Shown here: in pieces, positions 19,178 to 28,638 of the stretch
Position numbering within the stretch: the stretch's first letter is position 1
How the letters are laid out: every line of letters starts with the position of its first letter
Assembly (NCBI GenBank): GCA_021804085.1
Contig: JAJZKM010000002.1
Span: forward strand, 4,345-68,344
DNA: 64,000 nt
Direction: 5' to 3'
Source of the DNA: a bacterium
Lineage (GTDB): Bacteria; Patescibacteriota; Saccharimonadia; Saccharimonadales; UBA4665
Position numbers and translations under genes: made by a program
Notes under the pieces: model-generated
Seen by the model: only the letters and a program-made list of their open reading frames with translations
Database searches by the model: none
What the model was told of the DNA's origin: nothing

Positions 19178-20338
19178 GTGTCTGTAAGTGTAAAAATTTA
19201 CAAAAATTTGCGTAGATTTGGCAAACCATTTGCTGTATTTAACGAAGTTACTCTGTCTAGTTCAGCTCTTTTAAATAATTTTGATTTTTTTAGTTCACTT
19301 ATACCTAAAGGTTATGTTATTCCCGTCTTAAAGTCCAACGCATACGGTCACGGAATAACAGAAGTGGCAACTATTCTTAAGCAGCGAAACATGCCATATG
19401 TAGCCGTTGATGGTTTTTATGAAAGCATAGCAATTCATAAAGTTTCAAATCAGCCAGTTTTGGTTATGGGTGCAATAAAACCAGAAAACTTCCACGGGAT
19501 GAGATTTAAGGGTTTGGCTTTCGCGGTCCACGACCCAATAACTGTGAAGGCGCTGGCTGAAACCGGAAGAAAAGTAAAAATACATATTGAGATTGACACC
19601 GGCATGACACGACACGGTGTTTCCGTTATGGATCTTCCATATTTTCTTGATTTGCTCTCTAGATATCCTAAGATAGTCGTGGAAGGAGTTATGAGTCATT
19701 TAGCAGATGCTGACAATCCTAACAACGATTCATATACTATCAAACAATCTAAAATATTTGATGATGCGGTTAATCTTATTTTAAAAGCTGGATTTAAACC
19801 AAGATATATACACATTGCACAATCTGCGGGTAGCACAAAAGTAATATCTAAGTATGCCAATACTCTAAGGGTTGGTTTGGCGATTTATGGGCTAAATCCT
19901 CTAAACGAACTAGATAAGGCCCATAAACAGCTCGATAGTCTTGTGCCGGTTCTATCTTTAACAAGCACTATTACAAAAGTTATTTTTATTAAAAAAGGAA
20001 CCAGTGTTAGTTATGGCAGAACATTTACTGCAAACAGGAATATGCGAATTGGAGTATTGCCACTTGGCTACTACGAGGGCATCCCAAGGGTGTTAAGTAA
20101 TATAGGTTCTGTTCAATATGGAAATCGTTATTTACCAATAACTGGCAGGGTTTGCATGAATCACACAATGATCGATTTGGGTGATGCGGATATCGGCGCT
20201 GGCGATCAGGTTACTATTTTTAGTAATGACATTAAAAGCGAAAATACAATTGATAAAATTTGTAGCAGATATGATCTATTTAACTATAGTCTGTTAGTTG
20301 GTATTACTCAAAATATACGGCGAAGAATAGTAGACTGA
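19178..20338 (+). CDS. alr: Alanine racemase
   Basis: GTG start, 386 aa. PLP-Lys motif VLKSNAYGHG. C-terminal barrel with YGRTF...GYYEG...RVCMN. Confidence 0.92.
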   Translation: MSVSVKIYKNLRRFGKPFAVFNEVTLSSSALLNNFDFFSSLIPKGYVIPVLKSNAYGHGITEVATILKQRNMPYVAVDGFYESIAIHKVSNQPVLVMGAIKPENFHGMRFKGLAFAVHDPITVKALAETGRKVKIHIEIDTGMTRHGVSVMDLPYFLDLLSRYPKIVVEGVMSHLADADNPNNDSYTIKQSKIFDDAVNLILKAGFKPRYIHIAQSAGSTKVISKYANTLRVGLAIYGLNPLNELDKAHKQLDSLVPVLSLTSTITKVIFIKKGTSVSYGRTFTANRNMRIGVLPLGYYEGIPRVLSNIGSVQYGNRYLPITGRVCMNHTMIDLGDADIGAGDQVTIFSNDIKSENTIDKICSRYDLFNYSLLVGITQNIRRRIVD

Positions 20339-20424
20339 GATATACTTTTTTGTTTTTACTATCAATCTTTGACAATACAGAATAAAATTATTTTATATAA
20401 ATATAAAGAGATAGGTTTAAAATA

Positions 20425-21183
20425 ATGTTCGTATTAATTGCTATATTAGTAGTTTTGTACTTAGTTTTTAGTGCTAAGATAGTGAGTCAATATCAACGGG
20501 GTGTAGTTTTTCGATTGGGAAAGGTATCTGGAAACGTAAGAGAACCAGGCTTACATTTTATAATTCCAATTATTGATAATTTACATAAGGTCAGTCTTCG
20601 AACAATTACATTACCCGTAGATTCACAGAAAATAATTTCTAAGGACAATGTATCAATGGATGTAGCAGCTGTGGCTTATTATCAGATTAAGGACCCGACA
20701 AAATCTATCGTGTCTATTGAAAATGTTTCTTCGGCAATTTATCAAATAGCTCAGACAACGGTTCGTAACGTTGTTGGCATGAGTCCGTTAGATGTAGTTT
20801 TAAGCCAAACTAGAAAGATAAATGAAGATATCAAATCTATTCTAGATAAAACTACGGAGAAGTGGGGTATTTATGTTAGTGCTGTAGAGCTTAAGGATAT
20901 CCAACTTCCCGAGAGTATGCAGAGCGCAATGGCCGCTGAGGCTCAAGCAGAAAGGGAGAAAAGAGCAAAAATTATTGCAGCAGAAGGAGAAGCATTGAGT
21001 GCGGCTAAATTGGCGGAAGCAGCTGATGTAATAGCCAAACATCCGATTGCACTTCAATTACGTAATCTTCAAGTTTTAGCTGAGATATCTTCAGATAAAA
21101 ATAGCACTATTATATTTCCTAGCCAATTTATGGATACTGTTAAAAGTGTCAGAGATTTTATAGCCAAAGAAGGTGATTTCTAA
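20425..21183 (+). CDS. SPFH/band-7 (stomatin-like) membrane protein
   Basis: 252 aa. N-terminal TM, IVSQYQRGVVFRLGK..., C-terminal AEAQAEREKRAKIIAAEGE coiled coil. Confidence 0.9.
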   Translation: MFVLIAILVVLYLVFSAKIVSQYQRGVVFRLGKVSGNVREPGLHFIIPIIDNLHKVSLRTITLPVDSQKIISKDNVSMDVAAVAYYQIKDPTKSIVSIENVSSAIYQIAQTTVRNVVGMSPLDVVLSQTRKINEDIKSILDKTTEKWGIYVSAVELKDIQLPESMQSAMAAEAQAEREKRAKIIAAEGEALSAAKLAEAADVIAKHPIALQLRNLQVLAEISSDKNSTIIFPSQFMDTVKSVRDFIAKEGDF

Positions 21184-21209
21184 TGTTATACTTTTTGGGT
21201 AGCACTAAT

Positions 21210-21285
21210 CGGGGTGTAGCGCAGTTGGTAGCGCGCAGCGTTCGGGACGCTGAGGTCGTCCGTTCAAATCGGATCACCCCGACCA
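21210..21285 (+). tRNA. tRNA-Pro (anticodon CGG), CCA encoded
   Basis: Acceptor CGGGGTG/CACCCCG, anticodon arm CAGCG-TTCGGGA-CGCTG, T loop TTCAAAT. Confidence 0.9.
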
Positions 21286-21382
21286 GTTTTTTGACTACTA
21301 AAGCTTGTCGGTAGCGTTTTAAATTTTTAGTAAACTCCATAAGAAGTTCTTTAGAATAACCATCAGGTGTATATTTTAAGGT

Positions 21383-22009
21383 ATGTATTCGTTGATCAGC
21401 GTGGTGGTAATTTCTATCTTATTAGTTGTCAATGAATTATTGTGGCGCAATTTTAAATATCGAGAAGAATATCACCGAAAAATTATACATATCCTAGTTG
21501 GTGTTTTTGTTGCTTTTTGGCCATTGTATTTAAGCTGGAATGACATAAGGGTTATTAGTATATTCTTTATAATTGGTGTTTTGGTTTCAAAAAAAATACA
21601 AGTCTTTGGATCCCTGCATTCCGTAGATCGCACTACGTTCGGTATGGTATTTTTTGCTTTAATTATTGGATTATTAACTTTTATGACCAATAACGACTGG
21701 CTCTACGCTGTGGCTATAATGCAAATGGCTATAGCTGATGGGTTGGCGGCATTAATCGGTACTCGTTTTGGTGCGAACAGTAGTTATAGGGTGTTTGGAG
21801 TCACTAAAAGCCTTGTAGGGAATCTAACTTGTTTTGCTAGCTCCATGGCTATAATCTTTATTGGTTCTGCTATAGGGGGAGTGTATATTGCTTGGTACAT
21901 AGCAGTCGTAACAGCACTGGTTATTACCATCACAGAAGGTTTAGCTATATTTGGTTTGGATAATTTGTTATTACCGGTAATAACTATTTTGTTGCTTAGG
22001 TTCTGGTAA
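21383..22009 (+). CDS. CdsA/dolichol-kinase-superfamily-like polytopic membrane protein
   Basis: 208 aa, about 6 TM. The HRKIIHILVG segment and overall topology resemble CTP-dependent polyprenol kinases. Weak, motif-level only. Confidence 0.45.
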   Translation: MYSLISVVVISILLVVNELLWRNFKYREEYHRKIIHILVGVFVAFWPLYLSWNDIRVISIFFIIGVLVSKKIQVFGSLHSVDRTTFGMVFFALIIGLLTFMTNNDWLYAVAIMQMAIADGLAALIGTRFGANSSYRVFGVTKSLVGNLTCFASSMAIIFIGSAIGGVYIAWYIAVVTALVITITEGLAIFGLDNLLLPVITILLLRFW

Positions 22010-23843
22010 CCTTAAGATTATGAGCTCTCAGCGCATTGAAGATCACAACAACGTCAACAACTTCTTGAATTACGGCTCCATAAATAGGCAAAAATTTTCC
22101 AGTCGCAAAGATTATCATCAAAATAACGCTTAAGGCAATTCCACCTACAATACTTTGCTTAGCGATAATAAAGGTTTTTTTAGCAATCTCTACTGCCGTA
22201 GCGACCTTGCTTAAATCATCAGTCATAATCACTAAATCTGCTGATTCGCTAGCTGCTGTAGAGCCTCGCGCCCCCATGGCTATACCAACATCCGCACCGG
22301 TCAAAACCGGAGCATCATTCACTCCGTCTCCGACAAATATTACCGGCCTTTCTTTTATGTTATCGAGCGCCCGTAGTTTTTCACCTGGTAAAGTTTCGGC
22401 ATATACAGTTTTGATACCTACCTGCTTAGCTATTTTATTGGCTATAAATTTATTATCACCGGTGATCATGACAGTGTTAGTTATGCCCATGCTAATGAGG
22501 TCAAGGATTGTTTCTCTTGATTCATCTCTTAACATATCACTCAAATAAAGCACACCAACTAATTTGCCATTAATGGCTAAGTAAACGCTAGTTTTGGCCT
22601 TTTGCGATGTGGTTTTAATAGTTTTTACACCTTTTTCTATGAGAAAATTTTCTTGCCCCAATATTAACTGGTCCCCTCTATAAGATGCGGTTAAGCCTAA
22701 TCCGGCAACTTCTTTGATATTTTTTAATTTGTATAGTTTGATGTGCCTGTGGGCTGCGTGGCCGACTATGGCTCGCGCAATTATATGTGCTGAATTTTGT
22801 TCAATACTAGCTGCTAGTGCCAATACTTTGTCTTTATCATAAGGTTCGTAGGCTTTAATATTTTCAATCGTTGGTAGCCCAGTAGTTAGAGTTCCAGTCT
22901 TGTCAAAGATGATTGTTTTAGCTTCTGCTAGTTTTTCTAATGCTGATCCGGTTTTGACTATTATTCCGTATTTACTAGAACGACTCATACCTGATATTAG
23001 TGCGATAGGGGCGGCTAGAAGTAGAGGGCAAGGAGTGGCTACTACGATAACTTCTAGGAAGCGAATAGCGTGACCGCTTATCACCCAGACTGTTATAGCA
23101 ATAGCGTAAGCAATAATAGTAAAGGGAATACTGTAACGATCCGCTAACCTCACGAAGGGTGCTTGAGAGTTGGAGGCTAAACTTACTAGTTTTACTATTT
23201 GTTGATATTGACTATTTTTTGCATTATGAATTGCCTTGGCTCTAATAAGGGATTCGCCATTAATAGAGCCACTTAAAATTTGGCTTCCAACTTTGTGGAT
23301 TACCGGTAGACTTTCACCTGTCAAACTTGATTCATTGAAACTGCTTGACCCTTCGAGTATAACCGCGTCTACCGGCACTATTTCTCCAGGCTTTACGATT
23401 ATCTTATCTCCAACCTTAACTTTGCTAGCTGCAATATCTATTATTTTTCTACCTTTTAAAATATGGGCTTTCTGAGGGGAGCCCTTAAGCAGGGCATCAA
23501 GTTCACTGTGAGCTCGTTGTTCTGCATAGCTTTCAAGATTTTCACCTCCGGTAAGCATGATGACAATAATTATGGCTGCAAAGTCTTGCCTTAGGATAAC
23601 CGACGCGATAATTGCGGTTAATGCCAAGATATCAATGCCGTAACTGCCGATTTTTATATCTTGCCACATTGATTTAATAAGTGGCAGGCACTCAAGAATG
23701 GATACCGTTCCCATGATCCAATATGCGGCAGTATGTAACCCACTGAAATAAATAATGGCGCCAATAAAAAGGGTTATGAATGCAAGAAGTAATAAATAAG
23801 AAATCCTTAAAATCTTAATCAGATGCTTTGTTTTGCTTAACAA
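21996..23843 (-). CDS. Heavy-metal translocating P1B-type ATPase (no N-terminal metal-binding domain)
   Basis: 615 aa. CPC motif (ATPCPLLLAAP), phosphorylation site DKTGTLT, hinge GDGVNDAP, TGES-like SLTGES. Confidence 0.93.
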   Translation of the reverse strand: MLSKTKHLIKILRISYLLLLAFITLFIGAIIYFSGLHTAAYWIMGTVSILECLPLIKSMWQDIKIGSYGIDILALTAIIASVILRQDFAAIIIVIMLTGGENLESYAEQRAHSELDALLKGSPQKAHILKGRKIIDIAASKVKVGDKIIVKPGEIVPVDAVILEGSSSFNESSLTGESLPVIHKVGSQILSGSINGESLIRAKAIHNAKNSQYQQIVKLVSLASNSQAPFVRLADRYSIPFTIIAYAIAITVWVISGHAIRFLEVIVVATPCPLLLAAPIALISGMSRSSKYGIIVKTGSALEKLAEAKTIIFDKTGTLTTGLPTIENIKAYEPYDKDKVLALAASIEQNSAHIIARAIVGHAAHRHIKLYKLKNIKEVAGLGLTASYRGDQLILGQENFLIEKGVKTIKTTSQKAKTSVYLAINGKLVGVLYLSDMLRDESRETILDLISMGITNTVMITGDNKFIANKIAKQVGIKTVYAETLPGEKLRALDNIKERPVIFVGDGVNDAPVLTGADVGIAMGARGSTAASESADLVIMTDDLSKVATAVEIAKKTFIIAKQSIVGGIALSVILMIIFATGKFLPIYGAVIQEVVDVVVIFNALRAHNLKVTRT

Positions 23844-23884
23844 GATTTATCCTCGATTCATGAGTTAACACTATTAATTATTTT

Positions 23885-23962
23885 TGGGGCGAATGATGGG
23901 TTTTGAACCCACGACCTCCGGGACCACAATCCGGCGCTCTAACCTACTGAGCTACATTCGCC
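23885..23962 (-). tRNA. tRNA-His (anticodon GUG) with encoded G-1 and CCA
   Basis: Reverse complement reads G-GCGAATG-TA-GCTC...CCGGA-TTGTGGT-CCCGG...GTGGG-TTCAAAA-CCCAT-CATTCGC-C-CCA. The extra 5' G pairs with C73. Confidence 0.9.
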
Positions 23963-23990
23963 ATAAATAAAGAAACAAATAACAGGGGTG

Positions 23991-24019
23991 ATTATACGAG
24001 ATCAATTGGCGTTAGGCAA
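23991..24019 (-). promoter_or_regulatory. Putative sigma70-type promoter of tRNA-His
   Basis: Minus strand reads TTGCCT-17 nt-TATAAT about 29 nt upstream of the tRNA 5' end. The -10 and following bases (TATAATCACCCCTGTTAT) recur upstream of tRNA-Gly. Confidence 0.45.
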
Positions 24020-24159
24020 GGCTATTGGTTTTTTTCGAGTAATCTCCTCGATATTTACTTAGTCTACTTATCTATTACTAGTACTAAACTTACTAAGTAT
24101 TTCTAAGTATTTGATTTGGATACTGGAGCATTTTGAATGAAAACTGGTTTTTAGTGTCA

Positions 24160-24205
24160 AAAAATAATGAATAAATAACAAAGAGACTCGTTGCCGAGTC
24201 TCTTT
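24160..24205 (-). terminator. Hairpin terminator downstream of the tRNA-Gly/tRNA-Arg pair
   Basis: Minus strand reads AAAGAGACTCG-GCAA-CGAGTCTCTTT (11-bp stem, tetraloop) followed by the T-rich GTTATTTATTCATTATTTTT. Confidence 0.55.
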
Positions 24206-24428
24206 GTTTGACTAAATCATTTCTGAATTAGTCTGTCATCTTGCGATGGCAACCACCTCAACGATGGTATTTAGTAGTTTAGCAGGACAAAAATTTAATG
24301 CAATACCTGATGCACATAAATGTGGAAAAACTGTGAAATAACTGTGGGAAAATTAGTTTTTTATATCTGTAAAAATAACTAAGTAATTTCAGCAAATTAT
24401 TTTGATTTAGTGTTGTTATCTACGACAA

Positions 24429-24505
24429 TGGTGCCCCGGGATGGGCTCGAACCAACGACCTTAGGCTTAGAAGTCCTCTGCTCTATCCAGCTGAGCTACC
24501 GGGGC
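24429..24505 (-). tRNA. tRNA-Arg (anticodon UCU), CCA encoded
   Basis: Acceptor GCCCCGG/CCGGGGC, D arm GCTC-AGCTGGATA-GAGC, anticodon loop CTTCTAA. The anticodon and T stems each carry mismatches by eye. Confidence 0.8.
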
Positions 24506-24512
24506 GCAATAG

Positions 24513-24587
24513 TGGTGCGGGTGGGGAGAGTCGAACTCCCGTGTCCATCTTGGAAGGATGGAGTAATAGCCGTTATACCACACCCGC
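24513..24587 (-). tRNA. tRNA-Gly (anticodon UCC), CCA encoded
   Basis: Acceptor GCGGGTG/CACCCGC, anticodon arm CCATC-CTTCCAA-GATGG, T arm GGGAG-TTCGACT-CTCCC. Confidence 0.9.
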
Positions 24588-24605
24588 AAAAAGATAACAG
24601 AGGTG

Positions 24606-24614
24606 ATTATATCA
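24606..24614 (-). promoter_or_regulatory. Putative extended -10 promoter (TGATATAAT) of the tRNA-Gly/Arg pair
   Basis: Minus strand reads TGATATAATCACCTCTGTTAT about 19 nt upstream of tRNA-Gly. It shares TATAATCACCYCTGTTAT with the tRNA-His promoter. Confidence 0.4.
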
Positions 24615-24628
24615 TCTTTTATAGAAAT

Positions 24629-26152
24629 TTAAATTTCATTTAATATGCTAATTTGGGCTCCTAAACTATTTAATCGTTGAGCTAGGTCTTCATATCCCCG
24701 ATTAATAGTATATACATTACGGAGTATCGATATTCCTGGTGCGGCTAGCATTCCAATTAGTAGCATCACCGCCGGTCGGATACCACTAGGACAAACTAAG
24801 TCTGCCGGACGAAAACGTGTAGGACCATTAATGAAAATTCGATGCGGATCAGCAAGCTCTAGGTTTACGCCAATCTTTTTTATCTCTGCATACATCAGAG
24901 CCCGATCTTCATAAACCCAGTCGTGAATCAATGTTCTTCCGCTTGCAACTGCTGCGATAGGAACAAAATAGGGCAGGTGATCTATATTTAGCCCAGGAAA
25001 AATATTAGGGTGAATCTTATCTTTTGAAGCAATAAGCTTACCCCCGTGTTTTTTTATTTGTAAATCTACAAGGTCTGTATATCCGTTGTTTGCTTTATAG
25101 GTTTTGCTTATTTCGTATTTCAGTCCCATTTTTTCTAGTTTAAGAAGTTCAAGCTCTATAAAATCGATTGGTACTCTACGTATGGTAATAGCTGAATCAG
25201 TGGTTATTGCGGCAGATATAAAAGTCATAGCCTCGACAGGATCTTCAGAGGGGGAATAAGTGACGTTCCTGTCTACACTATTTAATCCATGAACCCTAAG
25301 CGTGGATGTTCCAATTCCTTCTATTTTTATACCCAGTTTTTGCAAATAAAAACACATATCTTGAATGGCATAGTTAGCGCTCGCCATCTTTATTACGGAT
25401 TCTCCTTCAGTTAAAGCTGCAGCCATAATTATATTTTCGGTAGTAGTGTCCCCAGACTCATATAGCACAACATTTCGCTCAGGTAGTTTTGGCTTACCGG
25501 TTACGTGATAATGTTCAGATTTAGTCTCCACATCAATGCCATACTCTTTAAGTGCGTAAAGATGAGGCAAAACAGTTCTACGTCCGAGTTCACAGCCGCC
25601 GGAGTAAGGTATGTCAAATTCTTTCAAACGATGAATCAGTGGCCCAATAAGCATCAGGACGCTGCGGGTTTTTTGCGCAGATCCACGGTTTATTGAATCA
25701 AGCGTAAGTTTTTCGGGGACTTTTATATATAAATCGTTATTAGGTAGCCACTTTATGTGTACTCCGATACTAATCATAACTTCTATGATTCGATTTATCT
25801 CTTCAATTCGTGCTATGTTTTTTAATACGGTGCTTCCCTTGTTGAGTAGGCTGGCGCATAATAAACCTACAGTAGCATTTTTGCTGGTCTTTAGAGTAAT
25901 TTCTCCTTTTAGCTCTCTTCCGCCTTCGATCCTTAAGCTAACTGCTGATCCTGTTACGCTAATCAGCTGTTTGTTAAGTACATCGCTGATGCGACCTAGT
26001 GTCTCGAGGCTGAGGTTTTGTCTGCCGTGCTCCATTCGATTAACAGCTGATTGTGATGTCGAGAGACGTTTAGCGAACTCACTCTGTGTCAAACCTCGTT
26101 CTTGTCGAATTTGCGATATTAGTTGTCCTATCTGTTGATTGGCGTTTTCCAT
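24629..26152 (-). CDS. murA: XRE-type HTH domain fused to UDP-N-acetylglucosamine 1-carboxyvinyltransferase (MurA)
   Basis: 507 aa. Residues 1-about 65 are an HTH_3 domain (IRQERGLTQSEFAKRLSTSQSAVNRMEHGRQNLSLETL). The rest is MurA (LKTSKNATVGLLCASLL, catalytic Cys in YSGGCELGRR, C-terminal RGYEDL). Confidence 0.9.
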   Translation of the reverse strand: MENANQQIGQLISQIRQERGLTQSEFAKRLSTSQSAVNRMEHGRQNLSLETLGRISDVLNKQLISVTGSAVSLRIEGGRELKGEITLKTSKNATVGLLCASLLNKGSTVLKNIARIEEINRIIEVMISIGVHIKWLPNNDLYIKVPEKLTLDSINRGSAQKTRSVLMLIGPLIHRLKEFDIPYSGGCELGRRTVLPHLYALKEYGIDVETKSEHYHVTGKPKLPERNVVLYESGDTTTENIIMAAALTEGESVIKMASANYAIQDMCFYLQKLGIKIEGIGTSTLRVHGLNSVDRNVTYSPSEDPVEAMTFISAAITTDSAITIRRVPIDFIELELLKLEKMGLKYEISKTYKANNGYTDLVDLQIKKHGGKLIASKDKIHPNIFPGLNIDHLPYFVPIAAVASGRTLIHDWVYEDRALMYAEIKKIGVNLELADPHRIFINGPTRFRPADLVCPSGIRPAVMLLIGMLAAPGISILRNVYTINRGYEDLAQRLNSLGAQISILNEI

Positions 26153-26267
26153 AAAAGATTTATATCATGTATGATGTTACTATTGCAATACTTATTTATT
26201 TTTGTTTAGGCATGTATATATTATTCTTCTTTTATGATTGCTACAATAGCAAAGTAGAAATTAATTT

Positions 26268-27557
26268 ATGACAACAAAATTTAAGGATCAGACCGTATTT
26301 AAACTTATAGCTGCTGAAGAAAAGAGGCAGCGTGAAGGATTGGAGCTTATTCCTAGTGAAAATTATGTAAGTGCGGAAGTCCTTGCTGCTATGGGTAGCG
26401 TGTTTACGAATAAATACTCTGAGGGATATCCAGGCATGCGTTATTATGGTGGTCAAATTAACACCGACGCCATTGAATCGCTTGCTATTGAACGTGCCAA
26501 AAAATTATTTAAAGCTGATCATGTCAACGTTCAATCACATTCAGGCGCACAAGCCAACGAAGCTGTGTACCATGCATGGCTCGAACCTGGAGATACTATA
26601 ATGGGAATGGAGCTAAGCCATGGCGGGCATTTGACCCACGGTCGTCCAGGCACCATATCGGCAAAACTCTTTAATTTTGTTCGCTACGGAATAAAAGATA
26701 TTGAGAGCGGTGAGATTGACTACGAAGCTATGCGTGAGATCGCTATTAAAACTAAACCGAAAATTATTTTAGCTGGATTTTCTTCATATCCTAGAGAACT
26801 TGATTATGCTAAATTTCAGTCCATAGGTGATGAAGTGGGTGCGGTTTTAATGGCCGATATGGCTCATATTGCCGGACCGATTGCTGCCGGTTTACTGAAA
26901 AATCCTTTTGATTATGGTTTTCGGGTTATGACCACAACTACCCACAAAACATTGCGAGGTCCGCGAGGCGCTATGATCCTCAGCAAGGGTAATCTAGGCA
27001 ATCCTTTAAAGGCTGTTGATAAGATTGTTGATAACTTACCAACACTTATTGATAGGAGCGTTTTTCCTGGACTTCAGGGAGGACCACATATGCATATTAT
27101 TGCTGCTAAATCTGTTGCGCTCTATGAAGCTGCACAACCAGACTTCAAACAATACTGCATTAATATGCTCGCTAATGCCAAAAAACTATCGGTTGAACTA
27201 ATGAACCGAGGATTTAAATTAGTAACCAATGGCACGGATAACCATTTGATTTTAGCCGACATCCAGACTAGTTTTAATTTTGATGGTGACATGGCCGAAA
27301 AGATTCTGGACAGGATCGGACTTACTGTAAATAAAAACGTTGTTCCTGACGATCCGTTACCTCCTTTTAAACCAAGCGGCATTCGTTTAGGCACTCCCGC
27401 AATAACAACTCGGGGTTTAGGTGAAGAACATATGGTTATTATTGCCGACTGGATTTATCGAGCACTGAAGTCGCCTCATGATGAGCTGGCCTTGGATAAA
27501 ATAGCAGCCGAAGTTAGGAAATTAGCCTCTAGTTTTCCTTTACCCAACGATAACTAG
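26268..27557 (+). CDS. glyA: Serine hydroxymethyltransferase
   Basis: 429 aa. Motifs LELIPSENYVS, YYGG, TTTTHKTLRGPRG (PLP-Lys). Confidence 0.97.
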   Translation: MTTKFKDQTVFKLIAAEEKRQREGLELIPSENYVSAEVLAAMGSVFTNKYSEGYPGMRYYGGQINTDAIESLAIERAKKLFKADHVNVQSHSGAQANEAVYHAWLEPGDTIMGMELSHGGHLTHGRPGTISAKLFNFVRYGIKDIESGEIDYEAMREIAIKTKPKIILAGFSSYPRELDYAKFQSIGDEVGAVLMADMAHIAGPIAAGLLKNPFDYGFRVMTTTTHKTLRGPRGAMILSKGNLGNPLKAVDKIVDNLPTLIDRSVFPGLQGGPHMHIIAAKSVALYEAAQPDFKQYCINMLANAKKLSVELMNRGFKLVTNGTDNHLILADIQTSFNFDGDMAEKILDRIGLTVNKNVVPDDPLPPFKPSGIRLGTPAITTRGLGEEHMVIIADWIYRALKSPHDELALDKIAAEVRKLASSFPLPNDN

Positions 27558-28579
27558 GGAAGAAGTTCAGGCTCTTGAGTTAAATGAATTGAAAATTTCC
27601 TCTCAACCTCGGAACATATTTTGTTTGCAAACATTAGTAAGTCAGTTGTTCTTTTAGCTGATCGGTTAACAAGTATTAGTGGTTGTCCCGGCCAAGTAGC
27701 AATACCTGTTTCTGGATCTATGTAATCCTTAAACCCGGCTTTATCAATCAGCCAGGCTGCAGAAACCCTTTCTCCAGAGTCTACCGTCCAGTGGGGTATT
27801 GATCCATAATTTTCTTCAAGCCTACGTAATGTATCGAGAGAAACAGTAGGATTGGCAAAGAAGGAACCGCAGTTTGGAACTACTCGTGGGTCTGGCAGGC
27901 GTGAGCTACGAATAGCAATAACAGCTTCTCTTAGCGTCTCTGGACCTGGATTAACTAGGTTGTGTTCATCGAGATAACTTTTGACTGATGGGTAGAACGG
28001 AGGTAGGGGACTATCTTTATGAAGAAGTAGGCTTATGCTAGTAATCAGGAAACGACCATGTTGTTCGTTCTTAAAAATGCTAGTTCGGTAACCAAAATGA
28101 CAATCCGAAGCGGTCAAAATAGTCATTTTATGTGTCTGTCGATCATATGCTGATACAGTAATCAGGCTTTGAGATATATCTTGGCCATACGCTCCAACGT
28201 TCTGAACGGGCATTGCACCTGCGGTGCCTGGTATTAGGCTCAAGCATTCTATACCAGTAAGTTTTAGCTCTACGCTTTTTTCTACTATTTTGTCCCACTC
28301 TTCACCTGCGCCGATATCTATACAGCATCCTGAATCATTTTCTAATGTTTGCCTAAACCCTTTGATCTTATTAACTATTACGAGTCCATTAAATCCTTCA
28401 TCACGCCAGATTGTATTACTACCTTCACCAATAACAATTAGGGGTATTTTTTTTGATTCAGCAAATTCGGATGCTTCAATTAATGTCTTTAAGGAATCAG
28501 CTATGACCAAATATTTGGCCATTCCACCTAATTTCATGGTTGAGTATTGGCCTAGAGATATGTTACGTAAAACTTCCAT
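27554..28579 (-). CDS. murB: UDP-N-acetylmuramate dehydrogenase (MurB)
   Basis: A start at the ATG of MEVLRNISLGQYSTMKLGG gives the normal MurB N-terminus. The track's longer ORF to 28660 would overlap the divergent gene. FAD-binding GEGSN and GSFFANP motifs present. Confidence 0.9.
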   Translation of the reverse strand: MEVLRNISLGQYSTMKLGGMAKYLVIADSLKTLIEASEFAESKKIPLIVIGEGSNTIWRDEGFNGLVIVNKIKGFRQTLENDSGCCIDIGAGEEWDKIVEKSVELKLTGIECLSLIPGTAGAMPVQNVGAYGQDISQSLITVSAYDRQTHKMTILTASDCHFGYRTSIFKNEQHGRFLITSISLLLHKDSPLPPFYPSVKSYLDEHNLVNPGPETLREAVIAIRSSRLPDPRVVPNCGSFFANPTVSLDTLRRLEENYGSIPHWTVDSGERVSAAWLIDKAGFKDYIDPETGIATWPGQPLILVNRSAKRTTDLLMFANKICSEVERKFSIHLTQEPELLP

Positions 28580-28638
28580 TACACAATAGTATACAAAAAG
28601 ACTTGCATAAGATCTTGTACTGGGTCTAACATGGAAGG

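Noticed and set aside
21158-21340. 60-aa ORF overlapping tRNA-Pro(CGG), and the 77-aa ORF at 24410-24643 overlapping tRNA-Arg/Gly
   Set aside because: They are read straight through well-formed tRNA genes, so they are spurious.
24321-24351. Replication origin (oriC) from three DnaA-box-like 9-mers
   Set aside because: The matches are only 6-8 of 9. No dnaA/dnaN is nearby, no clear AT-rich unwinding repeats are present, and strand skew cannot be computed by eye. It is kept only as a low-interest note.
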